Notes: a model not told the origin generated them from the letters alone. 63,462 nt of DNA, filler included, from Saprolegnia diclina VS20 (GCF_000281045.1; 7 parts of 6 records of this genome joined end to end with filler, not necessarily neighbours in it); one strand, 5' to 3'. Counted from the whole stretch's first letter, positions 33,430-45,518 are shown. Numbers and translations: made by a program.

Positions 33430-35971
33430 CTACGTATGATGCGCCTCGAGGATGGCGCAAATGTCTTGGATCGACGGGCGCGCCGACGGCTCTTGGTGCA
33501 AGCAGGTCTCGACGAGCTCTCGGAACCACAGATCGCAGCGCGGGCTCAGCTCGGGGCGCAGCCAGCCGTTCTTGATGGCGACCATGACCTCCCAGAGGTC
33601 CATCGTCAGCGTCGCGTACGGGGCCGCGCGCGTCTCGAGCTCGACGAGGACGATGCCGAGGGCGTAGACGTCGGCGGCCGGCGACGCCTCGTGGCCCAAG
33701 AGGACCTCGGGCGCCGTCCAGCACAGCGTGTTCTCGACCGGGTTAGTCACGTGGAGCTGCTGCGGGAGGCCGTAGCCCGCGAGCTTGGCGACACTCGGCG
33801 TCATGGCCGGCAGCAAGACGTTGGTGCTCTTCAAGGCGCCGTGCACAATCTCCCGTTCGTGGAGGTAGCGCAACCCCTTAGCCATCGAGATCGCGATCGG
33901 CAGCAGACTGGCAAAGGTCGCGCTCTTGTGCGTGTCGAGGTAGTGGCGCAGATGGCCGCCGTCGACGTACTCCATGACGAGCAGCGGCGGCTCCAGCGGC
34001 GGCAGCTTGAGATAGCGCAGTCGCACGAGGTTGATGCAGTCGAGTCTACGCCCCATCACATGTATTGTATCCTTCCTCCTACACCAAGCATTGCCTACTT
34101 GGTCAGCGCAGCGACGGCAGTTGCCAATGACGTGGTCGACTCGCCATGATGCACAAACACCGACTTGACCGCAACTTGTTCGCTGCGAAAGGTGCTGCGG
34201 TAGACAAAGCCTTGGTGGCCGCGGCCGAGAATTTGAAGACGCGGCAGCTCGTTGGCCTAGACGTGTGATGAGACTTGTGGCAGTAATAGAGCGGAGGACC
34301 ATGGCCGTCGCTTCCGAGAGCATTTGAAGAATGTCGTCGTGCCCGTGGTTGCGGGCCACCGTGAACGGATCAAACTAATCAATGTGCTTGTCAAGTAAAG
34401 GTACTAGAACTGACGTACGAGGCGCGAGGGCGATAGAGAGGCGCCGGCGAGAAGCAGCTGCCGCACAATCTCGCTGTGGCCCTTGGCGATGGCTACGACG
34501 AGCGCCGACACGCCATTCTACCAAGAACGTCACGGGACGCTCGGCGGTAACCACGCTCGTACCTAGTGGCGTGGTGGGCGTTGTCGGTGTTGAAGATGGG
34601 AAGACAAGGGTAGTACCTTGTTTTGTTTGTTGAGGTCTGCCTTGGCCGATAGCAGGCGTGTGACTTCCGGTATATGGCCGCCCCGGGCAGCGACGAAGAG
34701 CGAAGACTCGCCAAACTACGTAGCACGTCGACTCTTGGCAGACATTGCAGGCACACCTAAGGGTCGAGTTGGCTAGAAAGGGCGTTGTAGTCGTTGCTAT
34801 ACCTTATCGAGTTGGTTGACGCTGGCGCCGGCGTCCAATAAGAAACTCAGAACTGCGAGGTGGCCATACTCGGCAGCCAGTAGCAGCGCTGTCTTTCCTT
34901 TCTAGTCATCGTCGAGATTGCGACTTCGACTAACAACGACTAACTAGAATACCACGTCGGTCGAGTCGATCGGGACACCGAATGCGATCAGGCGGCGTAC
35001 GATGGTTTCGTGGCCAGCGGCGGCGGCGGCCAGCAAGGCTTCGGCGTCCTCCTGCACCAACAGGATACATACAATTGCGATAGTTCAATAGAGTACCTGC
35101 GTCGAAAGCGCATGCGTCGCAAGGAAGCACTCGAGGACGGCGTCGTGACCGTTGGCTGCCGCAACAGCCATGGAGTCTGTCTAGCAACACTCAACATGAG
35201 CGACCAAGTCGTCGCAGTTCATACAACGTACCAAAGACTGCTTCGACTCTTGAACGCGAGGCAGGAGAAGCGCCACGACGTCGCCATGTCCCCGCTCTGC
35301 CGCCACGTACAGCGCCGACCGTCCTTTCTAGAGGACGGTGTTGCAAGCACTCTCGAGGTCGTCTTCGTACCGGCGACGTGAGGGTGACGTTGGCGCCAGC
35401 GCACAGAAGGAGCTCGACGATGCCGGCATCCCCCGCGGCAGTTGCCAGAACCAGCGGTGGGACCTGTGACTAGACCCAGGGCTAGGACGATAGATGACGC
35501 TGGGCACCGTACCTTGTCGCTGGCATCGGGAGCTGCACCAGCGTCCAGAAGAAGCTCAACGATCGCAGCATGGCACTTGCGAATGGCAGCGACGAGCGGC
35601 GGTCGGCCAAACTAATGCGAGCGCTTGCGAACCGACGACGAAGGATGCTGGGTTCGTACCCAGGTGCGCGCGTTGGCGTCGGCGCCAGCCTCGAGCAGCA
35701 ACGCCACCATGGCAGTGTTCTCCGTAGAAGTTGCCAGGTAGAGCGCGTTGCAGCCCTAGCGCACGTCAACAGCGGCCAGCAGCAATCTAGCGGCAGACCT
35801 GGCGGACGCTGTTGGGGCTCACGCCGTGGTCGAGGAGCCGCTGTACGTAGCTCTTGTCGCCGGCAAAGGACGCGCACGCGAGGTCGCTCTCTGCCTATTA
35901 CGATAAACTAGTATCGTAGCGTGGGCAGAGGAAGGTAGTACGCCGAGGCCAACCCAGTCCAAGACGCCCAT
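33430..35971 (-). CDS. Ankyrin-repeat + TKL-like pseudokinase E (14 exons, 10 repeat exons, 614 aa)
   Basis: Exons 35971-35942 (MGVLDWVGLG), 35894-35799, 35755-35660, 35611-35513, 35469-35371, 35327-35232, 35180-35097, 35051-34953, 34901-34803, 34715-34617, 34517-34419, 34374-34300, 34256-34099 (LGRGHQGFVY, VAVK), 34045-33430 (HGALKSTN, KLAGYG, WTAPE, DVYALG). Confidence 0.88.
34518..34616 (-). other. Back-to-back intron pair 2 (54 + 45 nt, zero-length exon at 34563|34562)
   Basis: GTACTA...GCCACTAG|GTACGA...TTGGTAG. An in-frame stop rules out retention as coding sequence. Confidence 0.8.
34716..34802 (-). other. Back-to-back intron pair 1 (46 + 41 nt, zero-length exon at 34757|34756)
   Basis: GTATAG...CCCTTAG|GTGTGC...CTACGTAG, with an in-frame stop at the second codon. 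Confidence 0.7.
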
Positions 35972-36296
35972 GAACAGAAGATTGCCACACTGGCAGTCAC
36001 CTGCCTTAGCACTGTGCAAAGTTCGATTCCGCACTTTACCGGTACAATTGGGTGTCGTTTGATCGCAAGAGCTCGGGCAAGCGACCATCGCTGACTCAAC
36101 ACGAAGCGCTGCGATGCTACCAAAGCCCTAGCTACTACTCTGCATCGAGGGCAAAGCTAGAATTGGATTGAGTGTTTACCCTCCTACATGCAATGANNNN
36201 NNNNNNNNNNNNNNNNNNNNNNNNNNNNNNNNNNNNNNNNTTAATTAATTAANNNNNNNNNNNNNNNNNNNNNNNNNNNNNNNNNNNNNNNNNNNN

Positions 36297-36457
36297 CGAA
36301 GCGGTTTGGTCTCCACTGGGTCAACTACGAGACGATGGAGCGCATGCCCAAGGCGTCGGCTCACGTGTACGGCGCCATCATCCGCGCCAACGCGCTTGTC
36401 GTTGAGGATGAAGACGAGAAGGCTTTCGACGCGACGCCTCCTGCTGCGGCACATTAG
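36297..36457 (+). CDS. 3' end of a GH1 beta-glucosidase (5' part lost at linker)
   Basis: KRFGLHWVNYETMERMPKASAHVYG..PPAAAH*, near-identical to the end of 37167-38741. Confidence 0.85.
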
Positions 36458-37134
36458 TGTCACTCCAAAACTGCTAAAAATGTTCTGGTTCAGAAACGTC
36501 GTTATCGAATCGATGGAACGCACGCATGCCACGCTGCCACGTCACAATGACCACATGTCGGTCGGCAAAACACCAAGTTTGGATTATGATGGAGCATGGC
36601 TGCTGATAACATCAGAACATCACGGGTCACAAACACTGCATGACTCTACACCGTCGACCGCGGCATTCGTTGTGACAGCGGTCATAGGTGCCTTCGCTGA
36701 AGTGCTGGGGAAGCGACAGTTTACGCAGCATGATCATGACCAACAACGTGCTCGCAAACGGAATCATTCTATGCCTTGGCCTTCGACAAGACCTCGGAAC
36801 CTCCCACCTCGCCATTGAACCTATCAAAAAATGACATCGCTTTACTACGACACCGACACCCTCCTACATAGAGTTTGCCGTTCGTGTAGGGTACATCCCT
36901 CTTCCATGCCGAGCAAGCTAAGCTTTCGCTTGTTGCAACCCCAATAGAACTAAGAGCAGGCGTCCGTCATCAGCGATGGATCAGCTTCTCCAGGATCGGA
37001 ACTTGAAGTTGGGCGTCGTGTCCACATCACCATCTGGGTGCCAGAAATGTATTTAATTACATACAAACCGCATGTTACAATAAACACTACATTTAAAAAG
37101 TGGGTTGGCTCCTAACATCGTCGAGCAACCCACG

Positions 37135-37150
37135 ACTCACTTTGCCTTTT
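37135..37150 (+). promoter_or_regulatory. INR/FPR core promoter of GH1 gene (a similar element, CCTCAGTTTGCCTTTTGC, lies at 39700-39717)
   Basis: ACTCACTTTGCCTTTT ends 16 nt before ATG 37167. Confidence 0.6.
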
Positions 37151-37166
37151 TCTGGTTCAAACCAAC

Positions 37167-38741
37167 ATGCCCACGCTTCAATTCCCTATAGGCTTTGTCT
37201 GGGGCGCCGCCACCGCCGCGTACCAGGTCGAAGGCGCCGCCGACGAAGGCGGCCGCGGCCTCAGCATCTGGGATGCCTTCTCCAAGACGCCCGGCAAAAC
37301 TCTCAACGGCGACACCGGCGACAAGGCGGTGGACCACTACCACCTCTACAAGGAAGACGTCCAGCTCATGGCCAACATGGGCCTGAAGCACTACCGCTTC
37401 TCTATCTCGTGGCCGCGTATCCTCCCGACGGGCCGCACGGACCATATCAACGAGGAAGGCATTGCGTTCTACAACAACCTCATTGACGAGCTCTTGGCGC
37501 ATGGCATCACTCCGATCGTGACATTGTACCACTGGGACCTCCCGCTGGCGCTGCAGACCGAGTTTGACGGTCTCCTCGGCGGTCAGCCGGTGATTGATGC
37601 GTTCACAGCGTACGCGCGTCTCTGCTTTGAGCGGTTTGGCGACCGCGTCAAGCAGTGGATCACGATCAACGAACCGTGGGTCATCTCTCTCTTGGGCTTT
37701 GGCATTGGTGTGCTAGCACCTGGTCGCAAGCACAACGGCAAGACTGAGCCGTACATTGCTGGTGCGCCTTTGCCGTTGTCTTTTGCATTGTATCAATCTT
37801 TCAAGTGTAGGGCACAACCTGCTTCTCTGGCACGCACACGCCGTCAACGTCTACCGCACCGAGTTCCAAGAGACGCAAAATGGTCAGATTGGTATGACCT
37901 TCAACTGCGACTGGCGCGCACCCAAGCCGACGGAGAATCCCGTCGAGCAGGCACAGAACGCCGACGCTGCCGAGCGCGCCGTGCTCTTTGACCTTGGCTG
38001 GTTTGCGGACCCGATCTACTTTGGCGACTACCCCGAGGTCATGAAGACGCGCCTTGGCGACCGCCTGCCGCGCTTCACGCCCGAAGAGTCGGCGCTCCTC
38101 AAGGGCAGCAATGACTTTTTTGGTTTGAACCACTACAGCACAGCGTACGTCGAGCCCTCGGACGCGTTCCTTGCCAACGAGGTCTGCGGCTCCGACGGCA
38201 TCATTTTTGATGACGCCGGCGTCAAGATGTCGGCGGACGATGCGTGGCCGCGCACCGATGTGGGCTGGAACGTGGTTCCCTGGGGCTTTCGCAAGCTCTT
38301 GGTACTACCGCTCCGCTTCTCGACAAGTAAAAACTCAACGGTCATTTGTAGGTATGGATCCAAGCCCGGTATGCGCCGGCTGGCGGCATCATCGTCACCG
38401 AGAACGGGTGCGCCGTCGCCGACGACGATCAAGCCGCCGCGGCCAACGACGTCTTCCGCGTCAACTACTACCGCGGCTACATTGCCGAGATGCACAAGGC
38501 CATCACCGAGTGCAACGTCGACGTCCGTGGGTACTATGCGTGGTCGTTCATCGACAACTACGAGTGGGCGTGCGGCTACAGCAAGCGGTTCGGTCTCCAC
38601 TGGGTCAACTATGAGACAATGAAGCGCATGCCCAAGGCGTCGGCTCACGTGTACGGTGCCATCCTCCGCGCCAACGCACTTGTCGTCGAGGATAAAGACG
38701 AGAAGGCTTTCGACGCGACACCCCCTGCTGCGGCGCATTAG
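37167..38741 (+). CDS. GH1 beta-glucosidase, no signal peptide (introns 37762-37810 and 38302-38351)
   Basis: FVWGAATAAYQVEG, YRFSISWPRI, TLYHWDLP, acid/base TINEP, nucleophile VTENG, WSFIDNYEW. Confidence 0.93.
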
Positions 38742-39742
38742 TGTGCTGCGATTGTGTTTTGTATAACGTCCATCATGCCCTCGAGCGATCAACGATCAAC
38801 GTCGGACTGGTCTCCATAAGTTCTGATGCACTCTGAGTCTCAAAGAGGAGATCGTTCGTGCCACGTTAGTTCCGTATGAAACATAGACGCGTTGGGACGT
38901 CAGAGGACGCAATCCTGTTGGGACTTACGTGGTGTGTGGGAGCAGCGTGCCCAAATCACAATGCCATTCGGCCTCGTGCGTACGTTCTGCTGCGCGGGAA
39001 AGACGCGTGCGATGAAACTACAACCCCGGCAGTTCTGGTCGAGCAGCCGCCAGAACCAGGCAATGGATCTGCAAACGTCGTGGCGTGAGCTACTTCTTGC
39101 CGAATCCAACCCGCTTTGGGCAAGACGACCGCTTGGCCACCCCGTGCTACTGATGACTAACTGGTCTTCTGTTTGACTAGCTGGTCACCTTTTCTGACGA
39201 ACTACGCCGTCGTTGTCGTACTGACCGGGTCGTCGCTCTTCTGCAACGCCGACGGTGATGCTTTCTGGGTGCACGAGCACCGGCGAACGATTGTTTGTTC
39301 TGCAACTTGAACTTGGACTTGCCGAGCGATCCGCCACGACACAGCCATTACGGCCTCGGCACCTACCGACGCCTTGCCCGCCGTCGCCACGTCATCAGCA
39401 GCATCCTGCCACGCCCCAGAGAGCTTTGCCTCGAAGCAAACTCTCGCTCGAGCCCGCTTCGTCTTCAACGACGTACGAGTAGCAACGTCGTCGGCAGCAT
39501 CTGCGCTCGTCCAACGCAAGCGTCCGTCGGAATCGGCCTCGTTGAAGTTGGTCTCGCGACAGCGTCTTTTTGCCCACGTCCAACCCAGCAGCTGGTTGTC
39601 CCAGCGGCCATTTTTTTACTTGCATACAAATACCAAGTTGGCATAAAACATTGGTATTGTATTGTGTTGGCCGGTGAAAATCCTGCCACGCCAGATCGAC
39701 CTCAGTTTGCCTTTTGCCTCGTACCAAACACTACCAAGCACC

Positions 39743-41206
39743 ATGACCACGCTGCAATTCCCGGAAGGCTTCATGTGGGGCACCGCCACGGCCTCGTACC
39801 AGATCGAAGGCGCCGCTGACGAAGGCGGTCGCGGCCTCAGCATCTGGGACGCCTTCTCCAAGACGCCCGGCAAGGTCCTCCAAGGCCACACTGGCGACAA
39901 GGCGGTGGACCACTACCACCTCTACAAGGAAGACGTCCAACTCATGGCCAACATGGGCCTGAAGCACTACCGCCTCTCCATCTCGTGGCCGCGTATCCTC
40001 CCGACGGGCCGCACGGACCATATCAACGAAGAAGGCATTGCGTTCTACAACAACCTCATTGACGAGCTCTTGGCGCATGGCATCCAGCCCATTGCGACGC
40101 TGTACCACTGGGACCTCCCGCTGGCGCTGCAGACCGAGTTCGACGGCCTCCTTGGCGGCAAGGTGCTCATCGATGCGTTCACGGCGTACGCGCGCCTCTG
40201 TTTCGAGCGGTTTGGCGACCGCGTCAAGCAGTGGCTGACGCTCAACGAGCCGTGGTGCTCGACGATGTTGGGTCACGGCTCGGGCGACATGGCGCCCGGT
40301 CGCAAGCACAAGTGCAAGACCGAAGTGTACACGGCAGGTACTTCGCCCGTTCTTCTTCTCAATTGGGATCCGCATGCCATAGTATGTAGGCCACAACCTC
40401 CTCTTGTGCCACGCGCACGCCGTCAACGTCTACCGCACCGAGTTCCAGGAGACGCAAGGCGGCCAGATTGCGATCACGCTCAACTGCGACTGGCGCGAGC
40501 CCAAGCCGTCGGACGACCCTGTCGAGCAGGCGCAGAACGCCGACGCCGCCGAACGCCACCTCCTCTTTGACCTTGGCTGGTTTGCGGACCCCGTCTACTT
40601 TGGCGACTACCCCGAGGTCATGAAGACGCGCCTTGGCGACCGCCTCCCGCGCTTCACGCCCGAAGAGTCGGCGCTCCTCAAGGGCTCGAGTGATTTCTTT
40701 GGCTTGAACCACTACGGCACGGCGTACGTCGAGCCCTCGGACGCCTACCTCGCCAACGAGCCGTGTGGCCACGAAGGCGTCATCTGGGAGGATGTGGGCA
40801 CCAAGCAGACCTCGGACGACGCGTGGCTGCGCACGGACATGGGCTGGAACGCCGTGCCGTGGGGCTTCCGCAAGCTGCTCATGTGGATCCAGGCCCGGTA
40901 CGCGCCGGTGGGTGGCATCATCGTCACTGAGAACGGCTGCGCGGTCGCCGACGACGACCAGGCGGTCGCGGCCAAGGACTACTTCCGCGTCAACTTTTAC
41001 CGCGGGTACCTCGCCGAGATGCACAAGGCCATCACCGAATTCAACGTCGACGTCCGCGGCTACTATGCGTGGTCGTTCATCGACAACTACGAGTGGGCCT
41101 TTGGCTACACGAAGCGGTTCGGTCTCCACTGGGTCAACTACGAGACGATGGAGCGCATGCCAAAGGCATCGGCGATCTGGTTCGGCCACGTCCTCCGCTC
41201 CAACTC
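39743..41206 (+). CDS. GH1 beta-glucosidase paralog (intron 40338-40389; last codons in gap)
   Basis: FMWGTATASYQIEG, TLNEP, VTENG and WSFIDNYEW. Confidence 0.92.
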
Positions 41207-41340
41207 NNNNNNNNNNNNNNNNNNNNNNNNNNNNNNNNNNNNNNNNNNNNNNNNNNNNNNNNNNNNNNNNNNNNNNNNNNNNNNNNNNNNNNNNNNNNNN
41301 NNNNNNTCGGTCTCCACTGGGTCAACTACGAGACGATGGA

Positions 41341-42287
41341 ATTGACGAGCTCTTGGCGCATGGCATCACTCCGATCGTGACGTTGTACCACTGGGACCTC
41401 CCGCTGGCGCTGCAAACCGAGTTGGATGGCTATCTTGGTGGGAAGCCGGTGATTGATGCGTTCACAGCGTACGCGCGTCTCTGCTTTGAGCGGTTTGGCG
41501 ACCGCGTCAAGCAGTGGATCACGATCAACGAACCGTGGGTCATCTCTCTCTTGGGCTTTGGCATTGGTGTGCTAGCACCTGGTCGCAAGCACAACGGCAA
41601 GACTGAGCCGTACATTGCTGGTGCGCCTTTGCCGTTGTCTTTTGCATTGTATCAATCTTTCAAGTGTAGGGCACAACCTGCTTCTCTGGCACGCACACGC
41701 CGTCAACGTCTACCGCACCGAGTTCCAAGAGACGCAAAATGGTCAGATTGGTATGACCTTCAACTGCGACTGGCGCGCACCCAAGCCGACGGAGAATCCC
41801 GTCGAGCAGGCACAGAACGCCGACGCTGCCGAGCGCGCCGTGCTCTTTGACCTTGGCTGGTTTGCGGACCCGATCTACTTTGGCGACTACCCCGAGGTCA
41901 TGAAGACGCGCCTTGGCGACCGCCTGCCGCGCTTCACGCCCGAAGAGTCGGCGCTCCTCAAGGGCAGCAATGACTTTTTTGGTTTGAACCACTACAGCAC
42001 AGCGTACGTCGAGCCCTCGGACGCGTTCCTTGCCAACGAGGTCTGCGGCTCCGACGGCATCATTTTTGATGACGCCGGCGTCAAGATGTCGGCGGACGAT
42101 GCGTGGCCGCGCACCGATGTGGGCTGGAACGTGGTTCCCTGGGGCTTTCGCAAGCTCTTGGTACTACCGCTCCGCTTCTCGACAAGTAAAAACTCAACGG
42201 TCATTTGTAGGTATGGATCCAAGCCCGGTATGCGCCGGCTGGCGGCATCATCGTCACCGAGAACGGGTGCGCCGTCGCCGACGACGA
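41341..42287 (+). CDS. Internal fragment of another GH1 copy or allele, between gaps
   Basis: Near-identical to 37482 onward, including both introns; differs at ELDGYLGGKP versus EFDGLLGGQP. Confidence 0.75.
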
Positions 42288-43447
42288 NNNNNNNNNNNNN
42301 NNNNNNNNNNNNNNNNNNNNNNNNNNNNNNNTTAATTAATTAANNNNNNNNNNNNNNNNNNNNNNNNNNNNNNNNNNNNNNNNNNNNTGACACCGGCCTG
42401 CGATGGCCCGACGTATTGCCACCACCTTGTGGCTTGCCGACGCTGGGCGTGAACTCGGACGCGGGGCTGTGCCCCGGAAGCTAGTGATGGCTGCAGCGAC
42501 GCCAACAATGCCGTCGCGAGAGGGAAAAAGAAAACCGCGAACGTCTTATTGAGCAACGGCACTGACGAAGTCGCGTTACCGAGAAAAAATTATTGGTGTT
42601 GTTGAGCAGATCAATGACTAAGGTATGCGCACCCACGTCATACAACGCTGAGATCGCGGAGCCGAACGTGTTGATGTAGACGAGCATTGAGTGGAATTGG
42701 CGCGCCCGTCGAACAAAAAAGGTGCGGAGATGGGAAAGCAAGGCGGATCGTATCGCACCCACTCACCCACAAGCGCCAGGGACGCAATTGGCAGGGGCGC
42801 TAGAAAATGCTGAAGTTTCAGGCTCAGGTGCGAAGGGTGGCAGCGTCATGACAAAACACAATTTAAACCGCGGTGCTTAGCAAGCCCGACGGCCATTGTC
42901 GCGTGCGGACCCATCGATAATGACGCCGACCACCAAGCGCCTTCCTCGAGGCGCACTGAACTGGAAACCACCATTGAGAGACTAAGCAACGCTTCCGCGC
43001 AGATGCCGCAGATGTCGCCGTGAAAAGCATTGTACTTGCGGAAGCTTGGTTTTCGACTGATACCGAAAATTCGTGGATCGCTCGAGCTCGATCGTTCTGC
43101 GTCTGGATCTTGTAACGTGTGTGTGCTTCCTACCTCACTACCTTGGTCTTCAGGAACGCTCGGCCTTGCGCGAAAACTGCTCCCACGTGTTGGAATTGGC
43201 ACTTTTTCCTCCACCGAAGCGCTCGCTCACAGCGTTGCATGAGGAACCTGTCCACCGGTCCCTTCATGTCCGATCGTAGACATGTACACAAACAAAACCT
43301 TTGGCATATACTACAGGGGACGTTTGGTTTCGAATGAAATACGTAGGCTCGTATAGTAAAATGTATTTAAGGGGGTTATCATATCTGACAGTATCGGGTG
43401 GAGGCCAATTGGCGTTGTCCGTCTCCGCAATTCTGCCACCGCAGCGC

Positions 43448-44864
43448 ATGATCGGTGCCAACAGCCTGCGGCTCCTGGCCTTCGGTAACCCGATGGTGGA
43501 TATGATTCGCCAGGTCCCCCTACAGGTACTACGCTTAACTCGTCTGCGCTGCTAGTTCTTATGGCAACGTATTGGACAGTATATATCGAGCCTTGGAGTT
43601 GTCGAAGGCCAAGAGGTATAAGAACGCTCGATTCTGAGCTTACATGCGCAAATCTATACTCATGTAGACTCACTTGCTCCTTACGGTTGACGAACGATCA
43701 TTGATCATGGAGAGAGCACTTCAAGATCCAACTACGGAACGTGTGCCTGGTGGTTCGGCTCTCAACACTGCTCGAGTCGTCCAGGTTGCGATTGCTCTCT
43801 TGGCCTTTGAACGCTCATTTATGGCTCCGATAACAGGCGTTCATGCCACCGAAGACATCGCTGTTTATCGGGGCCATTGGCGATGATTTCAACGGCGACT
43901 TTCTCCGCTCGCGGTGCACGGACGCCGGCGTCGATATGACTCACGTCCAGACACGCGCTGGTCTGCCCACATCCACTTGCCTCGCGCTCGTATCACCAAG
44001 CAAAGAGCGCACGCTCATTACGCAGCGCTCCGCGCATTTGTGTTACACACTGGACGCGGCGTCACTCGATACTTGCTTGGCTGCAACGCACGTTCTGTAC
44101 GTTGTTGCCTTTGCGCTGTCGTCGGCACCGCGCTACGAATGCGTGCGCTATCTTATCGAGCACCACGACCCAAGTCGCCATGTCATTTGTCTCAACATTT
44201 CGTCATCGGGTCTCATGCAGGTTGGTTAACGCGATACATTCTCGTGTTATGAGTGTCTAGAACCCCGATGTCGTCGCACGACTCCGCAACATTTTGTGCC
44301 ACGTCCAAGTGCTTATTGGAAATGCTCAAGAGGTGCTGGCACTTGGTGCTGCCCTTCGACTGGACACCCCGTCCGTGGACCATGTGGCATCCGAGCTGCT
44401 TGTCAACATTCTGCGCACGCCACGCCCTCTCGTGCTCGTCACCAACTCGGCTGCACCGACAAAAGTATATCGACGTGATCAGTTGTACGATGAGAAGAAT
44501 GCTTGCGGTATCTATTCTAATGGGTTGGCGTAGACCTGTAGTGGTCCCCGTCCAGATTCCACACGGTTTTCACCTCCACGACACGACGGGTGCTGGTGAT
44601 GCTTTCTTGGGTGGATTTTTCGCCGGCTTGTAAGAATCTCTCTTCAACTTGTCGGCAGCATAATGAGAGCACCGTCGTAGGTTGCAGCGTGGTGGTCTCC
44701 GTGCCTGCGTGGAGCTCGGGCATCAATGTGCCGTACAATGTGTACAACATACAGGCTGCCAATTGCACTGGAGTATCAACGATGCCACTAGTGCCTGGCA
44801 CATCTGCAAGAAATCGGATACCTCGCTTGTGCTCTACAAGGACTTGCTCGCTGTGCAACTTTAG
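43448..44864 (+). CDS. PfkB-family kinase, adenosine kinase-like (multi-intron)
   Basis: LAFGNPMVD, PGGSALNTARV, FIGAIGDDFNG and the PfkB signature DTTGAGDAFLGGF. Internal exon boundaries only partly resolved. Confidence 0.82.
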
Positions 44865-44917
44865 ATCGCGGCTCAATCGTAAGCTATGAACGAGGGGTGT
44901 CGTATTGCTGCACGGTG

Positions 44918-45518
44918 TTACATGGCTGGGAGAAAATGCGCCATCATGAGCATGCCCAGAAACAACACAAAGAGAATTCCGGGCGTAAAGAAGCCCCAGA
45001 CAGGCCAGAGGCCCAGGATGAAGCTATCCCATAAATCGCATCGAATGGGTCATCAAGTAGATAGCGTACATACCCAAGTGCACCAACGAGACCGACGACG
45101 GTCGCAGTGGGGATCATGCGTGGACAGTACACGCTCCACTCAAGGTCCACCTTGCGTACGTACGGTAGCCAAAGCGCCAGGTACGCCGTGATGCAGCCAT
45201 TGACACCCGCGCAGACGACACCGATGTTGAAGTAGAGCCTAGTAAGCCTGAGCTGCAGTTCGCCATAGCCGGGTACCGATGGACGCGTGGGTCACGCAGT
45301 GCAACGCGGACGACGTCGAGGTAGTACGCGAGAAGGCAGGCGCCAGCAACCCACAGCAACGCGTGCAGCTTGGTGCTAAGCCACTCAGCCTTGGACGGCG
45401 CCTTGGGCAGCGAGCGCTTCTTGAGGTCCTCGATCTCTTCGTCGAGCGTCGCGTCAAGGCTCTCTGTCTCCGTGTCTGCCGGCGCCAAGCGCTGGTATGA
45501 ACCTGCTCGCGTGCGCAT
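44918..45518 (-). CDS. TMEM128: TMEM128-like membrane protein, left copy (2 introns)
   Basis: Spliced product ..KLHALLWVAGACLLAYYLD..YCPRMIP..FILGLWPVWGFFTPGILFVLFLGMLM resembles the TMEM128 C-terminal LWxVWxFFTP motif. Confidence 0.75.

Noticed and set aside
34046..34299. Unusual insert in the 309-aa kinase ORF of the track (33430-34359)
   Set aside because: Read-through of two introns whose lengths sum to a multiple of 3; the real exon 34256-34099 is in another frame and encodes the Gly-loop and VAVK.
41307..41345. Apparent circularly permuted or chimeric GH1 (GLHWVNYETME joined to IDELLAHG)
   Set aside because: Only 34 nt beside an N gap, duplicating the preceding gene's end and out of frame; most likely a misjoin in a collapsed tandem array.
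42388..43270. Possible minus-strand gene divergent from the PfkB kinase
   Set aside because: I could not build a consistent spliced ORF or recognise a domain.
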